Shown piece after piece: positions 28,923 through 38,988 of a stretch of DNA of 64,000 bases. Where the stretch lies: positions 32,001 to 96,000 of the forward strand of contig CAVYNY010000020.1 of assembly GCA_963769935.1 (NCBI GenBank), in the 5' to 3' direction. How positions within the stretch are numbered: position 1 is the first letter of the stretch; every line of letters starts with the position of its first letter. The stretch is from an uncultured delta proteobacterium. GTDB lineage: Bacteria; Desulfobacterota; Desulfobacteria; Desulfobacterales; JAFDCJ01. Made by a program: the position numbers and the translations under genes. The notes beneath the pieces were generated by a model that saw nothing but the letters and a program-made list of their open reading frames with translations, searched no databases and had not been told where the DNA came from.

Positions 28923-30233
28923 GTGACAAACCACGTTGATTTATCCATGGATTTTTGTGGGGTGAAATTTAAGAATCCGTTCCTGCTCTCATCCTCTCCG
29001 GTTTCAAACAGTGCCGAGATGGTGGCCAGGTCCTTCGACGCCGGCTGGGGCGGGGTGGTGTTTAAGACGCTGAATTCGGACCGCTTGCCGATTGTGCACC
29101 CTTCGCCGCGCATGCACTGCATCCATTACGGCGGTAAAAAGGAAATGGCGGTCCAGAATGTGGAGATGATATCCGATCGGCCTCTGAAAGATAACCTCAT
29201 GGATTTTCTCTATCTGAAAAAGAATTACCCGGACCACCCCATCATCGCCAGCATCATGGGTTTTTTTACTGATGAATGGGTGTATCTGGCGAAGACGGCC
29301 GAGGACAATGGGGCCGATATGTTGGAGCTGAACTTTTCCTGCCCGCATATGTGCATCGAGGGCGCGGGGCATAAGGTGGGGCAGGCCTTCAAGCTGCTGG
29401 AAGGATTTACCGAAGCCGTCAAAAAAGCAGTTTCCATCCCGGTGATGGCCAAGATGACCCCGAATATCACCGACATGAATGAACCGGCCATGTACGCGAA
29501 AGAGGGCGGTGCCGATGCGATCTCCGCCATTAATACCGTCAGAGGCATTTCCGGTATCGGCTTAAATGACCATGTTCCAACACCGAATGTATTCGGCAAA
29601 GGCGCCATCAGCGGGACCTCCGGTCCGGCCGTCCGGCCGATCGGCTTGAATTTTATTGCCTCCATGGCCCAAAATGAGCGGCTCGGACTCCCCCTGTCAG
29701 GGATCGGCGGCATCGAGACCTGGATTGACGCACTTGAATATATCCTGGTCGGCGCCTCAACCATTCAGGTCACCACCGGCATCATGCATTACGGGCACCG
29801 GATTGTCGAAGACTTGATCGAAGGTCTGAGCGACTACATGGTCGAACGCGGGATTAACAGGGTCTCTGATCTGGTAGGCAAGGCGTTGCCCCATCTGCAC
29901 GAGACCGAAGCGTTTGAGGTTGATCGGCAGGGAATTACCCAGTATGACCTGGATCTCTGTATCGGCTGCGGGCAGTGTTACATCGTATGCCGGGATGCCG
30001 CCGGCCAGGCGATTGAATGGGATGCTGCCAACCGGAGGCCGAAACTGATAGAGGATAAATGCTTAAGCTGTATGCTGTGCAAATTCGTATGTCCGGTGCC
30101 GGATTTGATTTCTTACAAGGAAATGCCTAAAGGATGGAGCCGACGGGAGACTGCGGTCATGGACCGCAGAATGGAAAAAGATGTAAAACTTGAGCCATTT
30201 ACAAAGGAGGGTCCAAATGAGTGTGTTATTTAA
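28923..30233 (+). CDS. preA: Dihydropyrimidine dehydrogenase catalytic subunit
   Basis: ELNFSCPH, KMTPNIT, INT, two C-terminal 4Fe-4S motifs; AGGAGG before GTG. Confidence 0.93.
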   Translation: MTNHVDLSMDFCGVKFKNPFLLSSSPVSNSAEMVARSFDAGWGGVVFKTLNSDRLPIVHPSPRMHCIHYGGKKEMAVQNVEMISDRPLKDNLMDFLYLKKNYPDHPIIASIMGFFTDEWVYLAKTAEDNGADMLELNFSCPHMCIEGAGHKVGQAFKLLEGFTEAVKKAVSIPVMAKMTPNITDMNEPAMYAKEGGADAISAINTVRGISGIGLNDHVPTPNVFGKGAISGTSGPAVRPIGLNFIASMAQNERLGLPLSGIGGIETWIDALEYILVGASTIQVTTGIMHYGHRIVEDLIEGLSDYMVERGINRVSDLVGKALPHLHETEAFEVDRQGITQYDLDLCIGCGQCYIVCRDAAGQAIEWDAANRRPKLIEDKCLSCMLCKFVCPVPDLISYKEMPKGWSRRETAVMDRRMEKDVKLEPFTKEGPNECVI

Positions 30234-31608
30234 ACGCGGAACCGTCGTAAATGCTACCGGCCGTTATCTGGCCGATGTGTTTGCCGATGGCGATAAAATT
30301 AAAGCGATCGGGACCGATCTGAATAATCCGGCGGATGAAGTCATCGATGCCAAGGGCAAATATATTCTTCCCGGGGCGATTGATCCCCACACCCATATTT
30401 CCATGCCTTTTATGGGAACCTATGCCCAGGATGACTATGAAACCGGCACCATCGCGGCGGCCTGCGGAGGTGTCACCTGCGTTGTGGATTTTGATTTGCA
30501 GCAAAAGGGCGAAAGCCTGCTGGAGGCCTTGGAGCGCAAAAAGGCTCTGGCAGAAGGCAAAGCCTGCATTGATTACTCCCTGCATCCGGCCATTATGGAT
30601 CCCAGGCCGGAAGTAATCGCGGAGGTTAAAAAGGCCTGCCGGGAGTACGGGACGCCGAGCTTTAAAATTTTCATGGTATATGACTTCCGGGTGGATGATG
30701 CCATCATGATTAAGCTGCTGGAAGAAACCAAGAAATACGGGGGACTGGTCCAGGTTCATGCCGAAAATGTCTACATCATACAGCACATGAACGAAGTCCT
30801 GGCAAAAGAGGGCAAGCTGGCGCCTTACTACCATGCTGTCAGCCGGCCGAACATCGCCGAGGAAGAAGCCATTTACCGGGCCTCAAAAATGGTTGAGCTG
30901 ACGGGTTCTCGCATTTATGTCGTGCACCTGTCTTCCAAGGAAGGACTCTGGGTAGTAAAGGAAGCGCGCAATCGCGGGGTGAATGTCTATGCCGAAACCT
31001 GCCCGCAGTACCTGCTGCTGGATGATGAACGCTACAAAGAGCCGGACTGGAACGGAGCCAAGTATGTCATGTCGCCGCCCCTGCGAACCAAAGAAAGCAA
31101 TGCGGCGCTCTGGGAAGGCCTGAGGGGCGGCGACCTGCAGGTGGTGGCCACCGATCATTGCCCGTTTGATTTCAAGGGCAAAAAGGATATGTTCGGCAAA
31201 GACGACTACAAGAAAATCCCCAACGGGGCACCGGGGATCGAGACCTTACTGCTCCTGTTGCATTCCGAAGGTGTGGCCAAAGGCCGCATCAGCTTGGAGC
31301 GCATGGTGGATGTGCTGTCTTCCGGCACGGCCCGGATGTTTGGCCTGAAAGACAAAGGCGAAATTGCCGTGGGCAAGGATGCGGATATCGTCGTTTTTGA
31401 TGCGGAACAGAAATTTACCGTTACCCAGAGCAAGCTGCATATGAACGTTGATTATACGCCCTATGAAGGGCTGGAGATCACCGGCATGCCCAGCCTGGTG
31501 TACTCCCGGGGCAGGAAAGTCTCCCAATGGAACGGCAAACAGATGGAGTTTGTGGGAGAAGTCGGCCGTGGCAGATTTGTCAAGCGAGAGCCTTTTGAAG
31601 ACTTTTAA
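30217..31608 (+). CDS. hydA: Dihydropyrimidinase
   Basis: PGAIDPHTH, SFKIFM, VHAEN, ETCPQY, SPPLR, TDHCPF, IPNG. Confidence 0.95.
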   Translation: MSVLFKRGTVVNATGRYLADVFADGDKIKAIGTDLNNPADEVIDAKGKYILPGAIDPHTHISMPFMGTYAQDDYETGTIAAACGGVTCVVDFDLQQKGESLLEALERKKALAEGKACIDYSLHPAIMDPRPEVIAEVKKACREYGTPSFKIFMVYDFRVDDAIMIKLLEETKKYGGLVQVHAENVYIIQHMNEVLAKEGKLAPYYHAVSRPNIAEEEAIYRASKMVELTGSRIYVVHLSSKEGLWVVKEARNRGVNVYAETCPQYLLLDDERYKEPDWNGAKYVMSPPLRTKESNAALWEGLRGGDLQVVATDHCPFDFKGKKDMFGKDDYKKIPNGAPGIETLLLLLHSEGVAKGRISLERMVDVLSSGTARMFGLKDKGEIAVGKDADIVVFDAEQKFTVTQSKLHMNVDYTPYEGLEITGMPSLVYSRGRKVSQWNGKQMEFVGEVGRGRFVKREPFEDF

Positions 31609-31821
31609 AGCAGAGGACAGAAGACAGATCCAACTAATTTAATCTGATTGTGCTCTCTGGGATCATAAATAGATCTATAAGAAAAAAGGTGCAGGAAATC
31701 TATATCCTGCACCTTTTTGTTTTTTCTGGTGGTGTTTTTTGCCATTTTTTTCAGATACTGCAAATTCAGCAGCTCAATAAGCTCTGGCATCTAACGTTGG
31801 TCATCTGCTATCTGTCTTATG

Positions 31822-33063
31822 TTATTTCTCATTCGCAGATTGCAGCATGGCATGCAGCAGCACGTTCGCACCGGCCTCGCAGTCTTCCCACCTGGTATTT
31901 TCGACTTCAACATGACTTCGGCCGCCGATACTGGGAACAAAAATCATGGCGGTCGGGCATACCTGGTTCATGTAGCTGGCGTCGTGTCCGGCGCCGCTGA
32001 CCATGTGCAGATAGGAATATCCCAGCCGGTCGGCACTATCCATAATCAGCTGGACCCTTTTCTCGTCAAACGGTGAGTGCTCAACCCGCCAGGTTTCCTC
32101 GATTCGAATCGGGCAGCCGCGCCGGGCGGCGATATCATCGAAGTCTTTGCGAACCAGCTGCCAGGCCTTAACGGCATGATCGTCGTCCCAGGAGCGGATA
32201 TCCACCGTGAAATGAACCTTGTCGGGAATGATGTTGCGAGAATTCGGATAATTTTGAATCTCGCCGACGGTGGCCACCATATTGCCTCCCATGCGGTCCG
32301 GAAGCTCATTGACCTTCAGGATCATTTCGGCAGCCGCGCAAAGGGCGTCGTGCCGGCCTTCCATGGGGGTCGGCCCCACCTGGTTGGCTTCGCCCTCCAG
32401 ATAAACGTCATACCAATGCAGGCACAGAATTCCTTTGGGAGCCCCGATCAGCTTGCCCTCTCTTTCCAGAATCGGTCCCTGTTCAATGTGGAACTCGTAA
32501 TAGCAGTGAACGGGCCACTTTTTGCAGGGAGCGGTGCCTTTGTATCCGATGCGGGTCAGTTCGTCTTCAAAGCGTTTCCCACTGATATCGGTGCGGCTAT
32601 AGACCCAGTCTTTTTCGAGCGCTCCGGCCCACACCCCGGAGGCCACCATGGCCGGCGCAAAGCGGGAGCCTTCCTCATTGGTCCAATCCACGATGATAAT
32701 GGGACGTTCGGTTTCAATGCTGTTGGCCTGCAATGTTCTTAAGACCTCCAAAGTGCCCATAACCCCTAAGATGCCGTCAAATCGCCCCCCCTTGGGCTGG
32801 GAATCGATATGCGAGCCGCTCATCACCGGCGGCAGATCGTTGTTGCGGCCCGCCCGCCGGCCGAAGATATTGCCCATTTCGTCGACAGTGATTTCAAGAT
32901 CCAGTTCTTTCAGCCACTTAACGAAAAGATCCCGGGCCTGCTTGTCTTGGTCGGTCAGGGTCAATCGCTGCACCCCGCCGCCCGGCGTGGCACCGATTCT
33001 GGCCATTTCTTCCAGCGTACTTTGCAGCCGCGCACCGTTTACACGTAAATCTTTCAAATCCAT
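31822..33063 (-). CDS. Zn-dependent N-carbamoyl amidohydrolase (PydC/allantoate amidohydrolase family)
   Basis: GSHIDSQPKGGRFDG, NEEGSRF, HIEQGP, SGAGHDA, GRSH. Confidence 0.9.
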   Translation of the reverse strand: MDLKDLRVNGARLQSTLEEMARIGATPGGGVQRLTLTDQDKQARDLFVKWLKELDLEITVDEMGNIFGRRAGRNNDLPPVMSGSHIDSQPKGGRFDGILGVMGTLEVLRTLQANSIETERPIIIVDWTNEEGSRFAPAMVASGVWAGALEKDWVYSRTDISGKRFEDELTRIGYKGTAPCKKWPVHCYYEFHIEQGPILEREGKLIGAPKGILCLHWYDVYLEGEANQVGPTPMEGRHDALCAAAEMILKVNELPDRMGGNMVATVGEIQNYPNSRNIIPDKVHFTVDIRSWDDDHAVKAWQLVRKDFDDIAARRGCPIRIEETWRVEHSPFDEKRVQLIMDSADRLGYSYLHMVSGAGHDASYMNQVCPTAMIFVPSIGGRSHVEVENTRWEDCEAGANVLLHAMLQSANEK

Positions 33064-33095
33064 TATTCTTCCTCCCTTACCCGGACGAGCCGGAA

Positions 33096-33220
33096 TTGAA
33101 AATTGAAGATTGCAAATTGAAGATTGATGGATGTTGCTTTGCGCCGTCTTTTTTAAAATAGATGCGCCGATGGCAGACCTTAAATATTCAATCTTCAATC
33201 GAAAATATTCAATATTAAAT
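33096..33220. repeat. ATTGAA heptamer inverted-array element (family D)
   Basis: attgaaa attgaag attgcaa attgaag; TTCAATCGAAAATATTCAAT at 33194-33213. Confidence 0.8.
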
Positions 33221-33236
33221 ATGTCGCTGTGTATAA

Positions 33237-33689
33237 TCAAAATAATCTTATCAGCACAACCCCCCCTACCAGCAGAACCACCCCCAGCATTCTAAATCCG
33301 TTAATTGGATGTATCGGATAGCCTATCCAACCAAAATGGTCCAACGCAATGGAGGACAGCATTTGGCCGGCGACAATCAGGGCTATCATTGATGCGGCTC
33401 CCAGCCTCGGTGCAAGCACCACGGTCGAGGCAACCAGAAACGCGCCCAGCAACCCTCCGCTCCATATCCACCAGGGATAGCGGACGATGTTGGCCCCCGC
33501 CGGCCAGGGAGTGCGTAAAATCAAGGCATAGACGGCGAGCCCGATGGTGCCGACCGCAAAGGAGATCGTGGCGGTCAAAATGGCCGAATTGCTCCAAAGA
33601 TTGAGTTGCGCATTGATGCCGGCCTGGGTCGGCAGGCAGAAACCGGCGACGACAGCAAGCAATATATAAGGCCACGCAGAGGTCATCAC
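33237..33689 (-). CDS. DMT superfamily (YdcZ-like) transporter
   Basis: Q.GIN..L, ISF.VG, PWW.W.GG.LGA, GQ...S...DHFG. Confidence 0.9.
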   Translation of the reverse strand: MMTSAWPYILLAVVAGFCLPTQAGINAQLNLWSNSAILTATISFAVGTIGLAVYALILRTPWPAGANIVRYPWWIWSGGLLGAFLVASTVVLAPRLGAASMIALIVAGQMLSSIALDHFGWIGYPIHPINGFRMLGVVLLVGGVVLIRLF

Positions 33690-33901
33690 AGTATCCTTTC
33701 ACATCAACGGTAGGCTATCTCGGTCATTGAAAATCCGGTCCTGGGAGCAGGTATTCCTTTCCCGTTTCAGGTTGAGATCATAGGTAAGAAAGATTCGGCT
33801 GTCAATCTTGAAGACGGAACTAATCCGCCTTGAAAAAAAGGCCATTCATGATTTATTTGCTCTTTACAACTGAAGCGGGTTGTAAATTATCCGCGGATTA
33901 T

Positions 33902-35086
33902 TTACGCAATGGTTCCGATCATAAGCACCGGCCTCAGCCCGCCGTGAAAGATAGGGTGTGCCTCCAGCCGGAAGGGGACTTTATTGGCGAGATGCCTGCT
34001 CGGAGATATGAGAATCACCTTCCAGCCTTTATATTCCTGCTTTAATCGGGCACAAATTTTCATAAACAGCTGTTCGCTCTGTGAACGGTTCTCCAGCCGC
34101 TTTCCATAGGGAGGATTAATGGCCACCAATCCCGCCTGATCGGTCAAAGCACGCGGCAGAAAATCAAAAAAGTCCTGATTGATAACCTTTATGACGTCGG
34201 CCAGCCGGTTTTCGGTCAGACCTTTCTCAAGGCGTCTGCAGGCGAACGGGTCTTTGTCCGATGCGAAAATTGTCGGCAGCCGGGGTTCGGTAAAATGCAC
34301 CTGGCACTGACGCTTGAGATACTCCCATTTCTTCGGACGAAAAGAGGGCCATCCCATAAAGGCAAACTCTCTGAACCACCCCGGCGGAATGTTTTTGGCC
34401 ATCAACGCTGCTTCCAGAGAGAAGGTTCCGGTTCCGCACATGGGATCTATAATGGGTTCGGCGCCGCGGTAGCCGGCCAGCAATAAGGCCGCCGCCGCAA
34501 TCGTTTCACGCAGGGGTGCTGTGCCGGGGTGTAATTTTAAACCGCGTTTGTGAAGGTGCTCACCACTGCTGTCAATGGAGATGGTAAACTGATCATCCAA
34601 ACCCCGCACAAAAATTTTTGGCTCCCATAATTTTTTTTCTTTTCGTTCCCCCTTGTCAGGATCAGTGATGGTATGCTGCGAAATACTGTTCACTAAGCGT
34701 TCGCAAATGGCATCGCTATGATACAGGCGGCAGTGTCTGGTGGTGGTGTGGATCTGCGGGGACGATCCAGCCGGAAGGTAGAGTTCCCATGGGATCTCGG
34801 CCGTTTTTGATTCCAACTGTTTGAAGCTGGATGCCCTGAAACTATGGATGCGCATGAGAATTCGGTTGGCGGTGCGCAAATGCAGGTTTGCCAAATAACA
34901 ATCCTGCAGCAACCCTTCAAATTCAACTCCGCCGTTAACGACGCGTGCATCCTGCTTCGAAAGCCCAAGCGCGGACAGCTCCCGGTAGCAAAGGGGTTCG
35001 GCACCGGGAGCTGTGGCGGCAAAATACGGGCGGCGGCGCCCGATGACATGGCGTTTGATGCGTTTTAATAAGGCGGTTTCGGTCAT
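33902..35086 (-). CDS. THUMP-domain RNA methyltransferase (RlmL-like)
   Basis: IDSSGEHLHKRG, APLRETIAA, DPMCGTGT, NPPYG. Confidence 0.88.
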   Translation of the reverse strand: MTETALLKRIKRHVIGRRRPYFAATAPGAEPLCYRELSALGLSKQDARVVNGGVEFEGLLQDCYLANLHLRTANRILMRIHSFRASSFKQLESKTAEIPWELYLPAGSSPQIHTTTRHCRLYHSDAICERLVNSISQHTITDPDKGERKEKKLWEPKIFVRGLDDQFTISIDSSGEHLHKRGLKLHPGTAPLRETIAAAALLLAGYRGAEPIIDPMCGTGTFSLEAALMAKNIPPGWFREFAFMGWPSFRPKKWEYLKRQCQVHFTEPRLPTIFASDKDPFACRRLEKGLTENRLADVIKVINQDFFDFLPRALTDQAGLVAINPPYGKRLENRSQSEQLFMKICARLKQEYKGWKVILISPSRHLANKVPFRLEAHPIFHGGLRPVLMIGTIA

Positions 35087-35141
35087 TGAATCTTGAAATT
35101 TGATATTTATTTGGAATTTGGTGCTTGAGATTTGGAATTTT
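35076..35141. repeat. Solo arm of family B element overlapping the methyltransferase start
   Basis: gtttcggtcattgaatcttgaaatttgatatttatttggaatttggtgcttgagatttg. Confidence 0.8.
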
Positions 35142-35298
35142 CTAAATTCATAAATCCTTACCAAAGCTACTGGTCTGGGAATTACTCTAATACTGTCCTG
35201 CAGAGCTCAGCAACCAGTTTGGAACTTCGATTGACATTACCATAGTATTGCTGTATCACAAACCAAATTTACATCGGTTAACTCACAAGGAGGTGGAG

Positions 35299-35727
35299 AT
35301 GGCTGGCATCAATAAGGTGATCTTGATTGGTCGATTAGGAAACGATCCCGAGGTTCGCTATACACCCAGTGGCGCTGCGGTCGCCAATTTCAGCATCGCA
35401 ACATCCGAAGAATGGAAGGATAAGGATACGGGAGAAAAAAAGGAGCGCACTGAATGGCATCGCATAGTAGCTTGGAGAAAGCTTGGTGAAATTTGCGGGG
35501 AGTATCTTTCCAAGGGTCGGCAGGTATACATTGAGGGGCGTATCCAAACTCGTTCCTGGGATGATCAAAGCGGCAACAAAAAATATACTACCGAAATAAT
35601 CGCTACGGATGTTCAGTTTCTTGGCGGGAGGGATACTGCCGATACGGCACGGCCTCAAGGCGCCCCTGTTCCGGATTATCCGGGAACTCCCGCGTCCGGG
35701 CCCAACGATGATGATATTCCGTTTTAA
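35299..35727 (+). CDS. ssb: Single-stranded DNA-binding protein
   Basis: [24 protein letters not shown] tail. Confidence 0.97.
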   Translation: MAGINKVILIGRLGNDPEVRYTPSGAAVANFSIATSEEWKDKDTGEKKERTEWHRIVAWRKLGEICGEYLSKGRQVYIEGRIQTRSWDDQSGNKKYTTEIIATDVQFLGGRDTADTARPQGAPVPDYPGTPASGPNDDDIPF

Positions 35728-35811
35728 TTGAAGGGTTAATATTTCAACGGGTTATCCATCGCAGTCGGCTGCGTGAAGCGGAATACGAGCGACACTCGAA
35801 TTTATCAGTTA

Positions 35812-35848
35812 AAAAGGGCAGTCTGATTCCTCTTCAGTTACTGCCCTT
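35812..35848. terminator. Terminator-like hairpin between convergent ssb and tatA
   Basis: AAGGGCAGT/ACTGCCCTT stem with flanking A-run. Confidence 0.6.
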
Positions 35849-35898
35849 CAACTACTCGTCAAAAGATCATCCTTGAATGTTTGTTACCCCGAAGCTTT

Positions 35899-36081
35899 TC
35901 AGCTTTTTTTATCTTCTTCTATCTTTTCAGGTTCCTTTTTTTCTTCCTCATTGGATGCGCCTTTGAAGTTTCTTATGGCTTTCCCCATTCCGGCGCCTAT
36001 TTCCGGCAGCTTGCCTGCACCGAAGATTATTAGAATGATGACTAAGATTATAATTAGTTCCGGCATACCAATTCCAAACAT
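35899..36081 (-). CDS. tatA: Twin-arginine translocase subunit
   Basis: MFGIGMPEL...[20 protein letters not shown]. Confidence 0.95.
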   Translation of the reverse strand: MFGIGMPELIIILVIILIIFGAGKLPEIGAGMGKAIRNFKGASNEEEKKEPEKIEEDKKS

Positions 36082-36092
36082 AATACCTCCTA

Positions 36093-36503
36093 TTACTCCG
36101 GCCCGGTGTGTTTGAGTTCATTGAGAAGTCGCATGAACTCCTTTGATTTCAAATACCGATCGACGCTGCTTTGATATTCGATCCATTTCCCCCAGGCATC
36201 AATCCAGGCCTCATTGTGCCAGTAGCAGTCCGGGTCTCCGGCTCCCTTGAGCCGTTCGATATAGTCTATATATTCATCGGAGCACGCTTCGCAAAAATTA
36301 TAAGGTACATTGAGCTTGCGACGGTATTGCGCACCGCCGCTCGAATCGCTGTCAATCTGAGTGCCGCATTTTTCACATTTAAAGGCACAGTGGGTGCACT
36401 GAAAGACTTTGCGAACAGCCAGAACCTTGCGTTTTTTTAATACTCCGGCCTGTTTTTCATCTGCCAGGCCTTTTTTATCTTTAAACGAAATGATATTCGT
36501 CAC
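36093..36503 (-). CDS. Hypothetical Cys-rich (putative Zn-binding) protein
   Basis: CTHC, CEKC, CEAC motifs; directly upstream of tatA. Confidence 0.75.
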   Translation of the reverse strand: MTNIISFKDKKGLADEKQAGVLKKRKVLAVRKVFQCTHCAFKCEKCGTQIDSDSSGGAQYRRKLNVPYNFCEACSDEYIDYIERLKGAGDPDCYWHNEAWIDAWGKWIEYQSSVDRYLKSKEFMRLLNELKHTGPE

Positions 36504-36886
36504 CGGGCACTCCGGATACGCAGCTCGTGAAAAAATTACCTAATTGTTATACACAGCGTCGCAATTAATGCTGCATTCGCCTTTTTATGGTTGATTTTCA
36601 AACTACGGTCTATAGCCAACTAGCGGTCCATCTTCGTGCAATGATCTATGCCGATATGCACAGCAGTCGATTATCGAACGCAACGAAATATACCACCCGG
36701 CTATAACCGTGTCAATCCTTTCAATTTGCTATTTGCATGTTTTGAATTGCGGGGGGGGGGGGAAAAATTGTTTTACCGCCATGTGGCACTCTATCTAAAT
36801 CTTGCCAATCAAATTTGTCCGTGTTAATTTAAAAATTTTCGCAATCATATTTTGCCGATGACGTCCTGCCGCAAGGAGTTTCAAAA

Positions 36887-37954
36887 ATGACTAAATTGTT
36901 TCAGGCCAATGGTATGGCCACCATGATCGGCAGTCTCCCGCTGACGGACCACGGGGAAGCCATCGACCTGATTTGGGAACATACACCCGAAATTCCGTTC
37001 TGGGCGCAGCTTACGGCGCATCAGGAAGAGGGGATGATGGCCCAATTTACCCGGGGTCTGCCGGGTATCTGCCGTGAAAACGGCGCCATCTATATCAATA
37101 CGGACAGCGGAACTTTCGACGAGGAACTGCTTCAATTCTTTGAAGAATATATGCGAGTGAGTGACGGCGAAATCGACTTGGAAGCTTCACGCTTTATCCT
37201 GACCGAGGATACCGCCCGAGGCTTTTTTTTCCTGTTGAAGCGTCTTGCGAGCCTGCCCGCAGCCCCCATAGCAGTTAAAGGGCAAATTACCGGTCCCTTC
37301 ACACTGGGGACGGGCATCGCTGATCAGAACAAACGGGCAATCTTTTATGATGTGCAGTTAAGAGATGCCGTGGTTAAACTTTTAGCCATGAAAGCCCGTT
37401 GGCAGGTGCGCCGGTTGTCTCGATACGTGCAGCCGGTCCTTATTTTTATTGATGAACCCGGTCTGGCCGGTTTCGGATCATCGGAGTTTACCAGCATTTC
37501 CCGCAATGATATCAGTCAATGCCTTGAGGAAGTCTGCGAAGCCGTACACGGGGAAGGCGGATTAGCCGGTGTCCACGTGTGTGCCAATACCGACTGGTCA
37601 CTGGTACTTGAATCTTCGGCCGATATTATCAGTTTTGATGCCTATGGCTATTTTGACCGATTCATCCTTTATCCCGCTCAGATTAAGAAATTTCTTGAAT
37701 CCGGCAAAATATTGGCCTGGGGTATCGTGCCGACTTTAAACGCACAGCAGATTGGACGGGAAACCGGCGGCTCCCTTTTCGAACAATGGCGGGAGAAAGC
37801 CAAACAACTGGAAGCACTTGGGACGAATATGCCGAAGTTGATAAGCCAGTCCCTAGTTACGCCAAGCTGCGGCGTTGGATCCTTGGATCTTGCATCTGCT
37901 GAAAAGGTTTTAAAATTAACCGGAGCGGTTTCCCGGCAGATAAGGAGCCTGTGA
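36887..37954 (+). CDS. Core (single-barrel) MetE-like methionine synthase family protein
   Basis: IGSLP, KGQITGP, IDEP, HVC, SFDAY, TPSCG. Confidence 0.75.
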   Translation: MTKLFQANGMATMIGSLPLTDHGEAIDLIWEHTPEIPFWAQLTAHQEEGMMAQFTRGLPGICRENGAIYINTDSGTFDEELLQFFEEYMRVSDGEIDLEASRFILTEDTARGFFFLLKRLASLPAAPIAVKGQITGPFTLGTGIADQNKRAIFYDVQLRDAVVKLLAMKARWQVRRLSRYVQPVLIFIDEPGLAGFGSSEFTSISRNDISQCLEEVCEAVHGEGGLAGVHVCANTDWSLVLESSADIISFDAYGYFDRFILYPAQIKKFLESGKILAWGIVPTLNAQQIGRETGGSLFEQWREKAKQLEALGTNMPKLISQSLVTPSCGVGSLDLASAEKVLKLTGAVSRQIRSL

Positions 37955-38029
37955 TTTTCTGGCAGGGTGTCTATCGAAATGAGCATAGCGTTTAAAGCTA
38001 AAATTTAAACCGAAAGGACAAAGGATCCG

Positions 38030-38884
38030 ATGGTGGACAATTACAGAGTAAACCCGTTTGCAGGGGCGACCCGCTACGTTTTAGATGAAGAATTGGCTAA
38101 GATTGTGAATATATCGATGGCACTGGAAATGCCGCTGCTTTTGAAAGGCGAGCCCGGCACCGGCAAAACCATGCTGGCGCATGCAATTGCGGAAAGTCTG
38201 AAAATGCCCTTGATCGTGCTCAACGTTAAGTCAAGTATGAAGCTGGTCGAAGCCTTGTACCAGTATGATACCTTGACACGGCTGAACGACAGCCGTTTTG
38301 GAGACTCCCAACGCAATGTCAGCAACATTGAGGACTATATAAAAATGGGCAAGATCGGCCAGGCGTTTACGGCGCCGCATAGAACCGTGCTCCTGATCGA
38401 TGAAATCGACAAAGCGGATACTGATTTTCAAGATGACATGCTGGATGTGCTGGACCAGATGGAGTTTGATATCATAGAAATCGATAAAACCGTCTCGGCC
38501 AAATTCCGACCGGTGATCATCATAACCTCCAATGCCAAAAAAGATTTGTCCGACCCTTTCTTAGGGCGCTGCAATTTCCACCACATTGCCTTTCCCGACG
38601 CGGATATGATGCGCAGAATAATCGGGGTGCATTTCCCGGCTTTGGATTCCGTGCTCATGGAAAACGCCGTTGCTGCGTTTTATCGGATGCGCAAAGTGGA
38701 GGCCGTCGAGAAGAAGCCCGCTACCCGCGAACTGATAAATTGGATCAGGGCGTTGCAGGCCGACCCCGACTTTAATCCAAAGCAGCTGGTGAAAGGGGAA
38801 CTGCCGTATCTGGGGGTGTTGTTCAAGAAGAGCCAGGACTATGTCCGGGCCCAGCATGCGGTCAACGGGCGGCGGATAAATTAA
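38030..38884 (+). CDS. MoxR-family AAA+ ATPase
   Basis: GEPGTGKT, LLIDEIDKAD, ITSN. Confidence 0.92.
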   Translation: MVDNYRVNPFAGATRYVLDEELAKIVNISMALEMPLLLKGEPGTGKTMLAHAIAESLKMPLIVLNVKSSMKLVEALYQYDTLTRLNDSRFGDSQRNVSNIEDYIKMGKIGQAFTAPHRTVLLIDEIDKADTDFQDDMLDVLDQMEFDIIEIDKTVSAKFRPVIIITSNAKKDLSDPFLGRCNFHHIAFPDADMMRRIIGVHFPALDSVLMENAVAAFYRMRKVEAVEKKPATRELINWIRALQADPDFNPKQLVKGELPYLGVLFKKSQDYVRAQHAVNGRRIN

Positions 38885-38886
38885 AT

Positions 38887-38970
38887 AAGCTCAACGTTCA
38901 AGGCTGAAGGCTCAAAGTAAAGCGACTTTTTCTTTTTAACTATGAACTATCAGCTATGAGCTATCAGCTT
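38887..38970. repeat. Inverted 7-bp array pair
   Basis: agctcaa cgttcaa ggctgaa ggctcaa, then ctatgaa ctatcag ctatgag ctatcag. Confidence 0.75.
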
Positions 38971-38988
38971 TAAAGCGAAGCTTTAACC

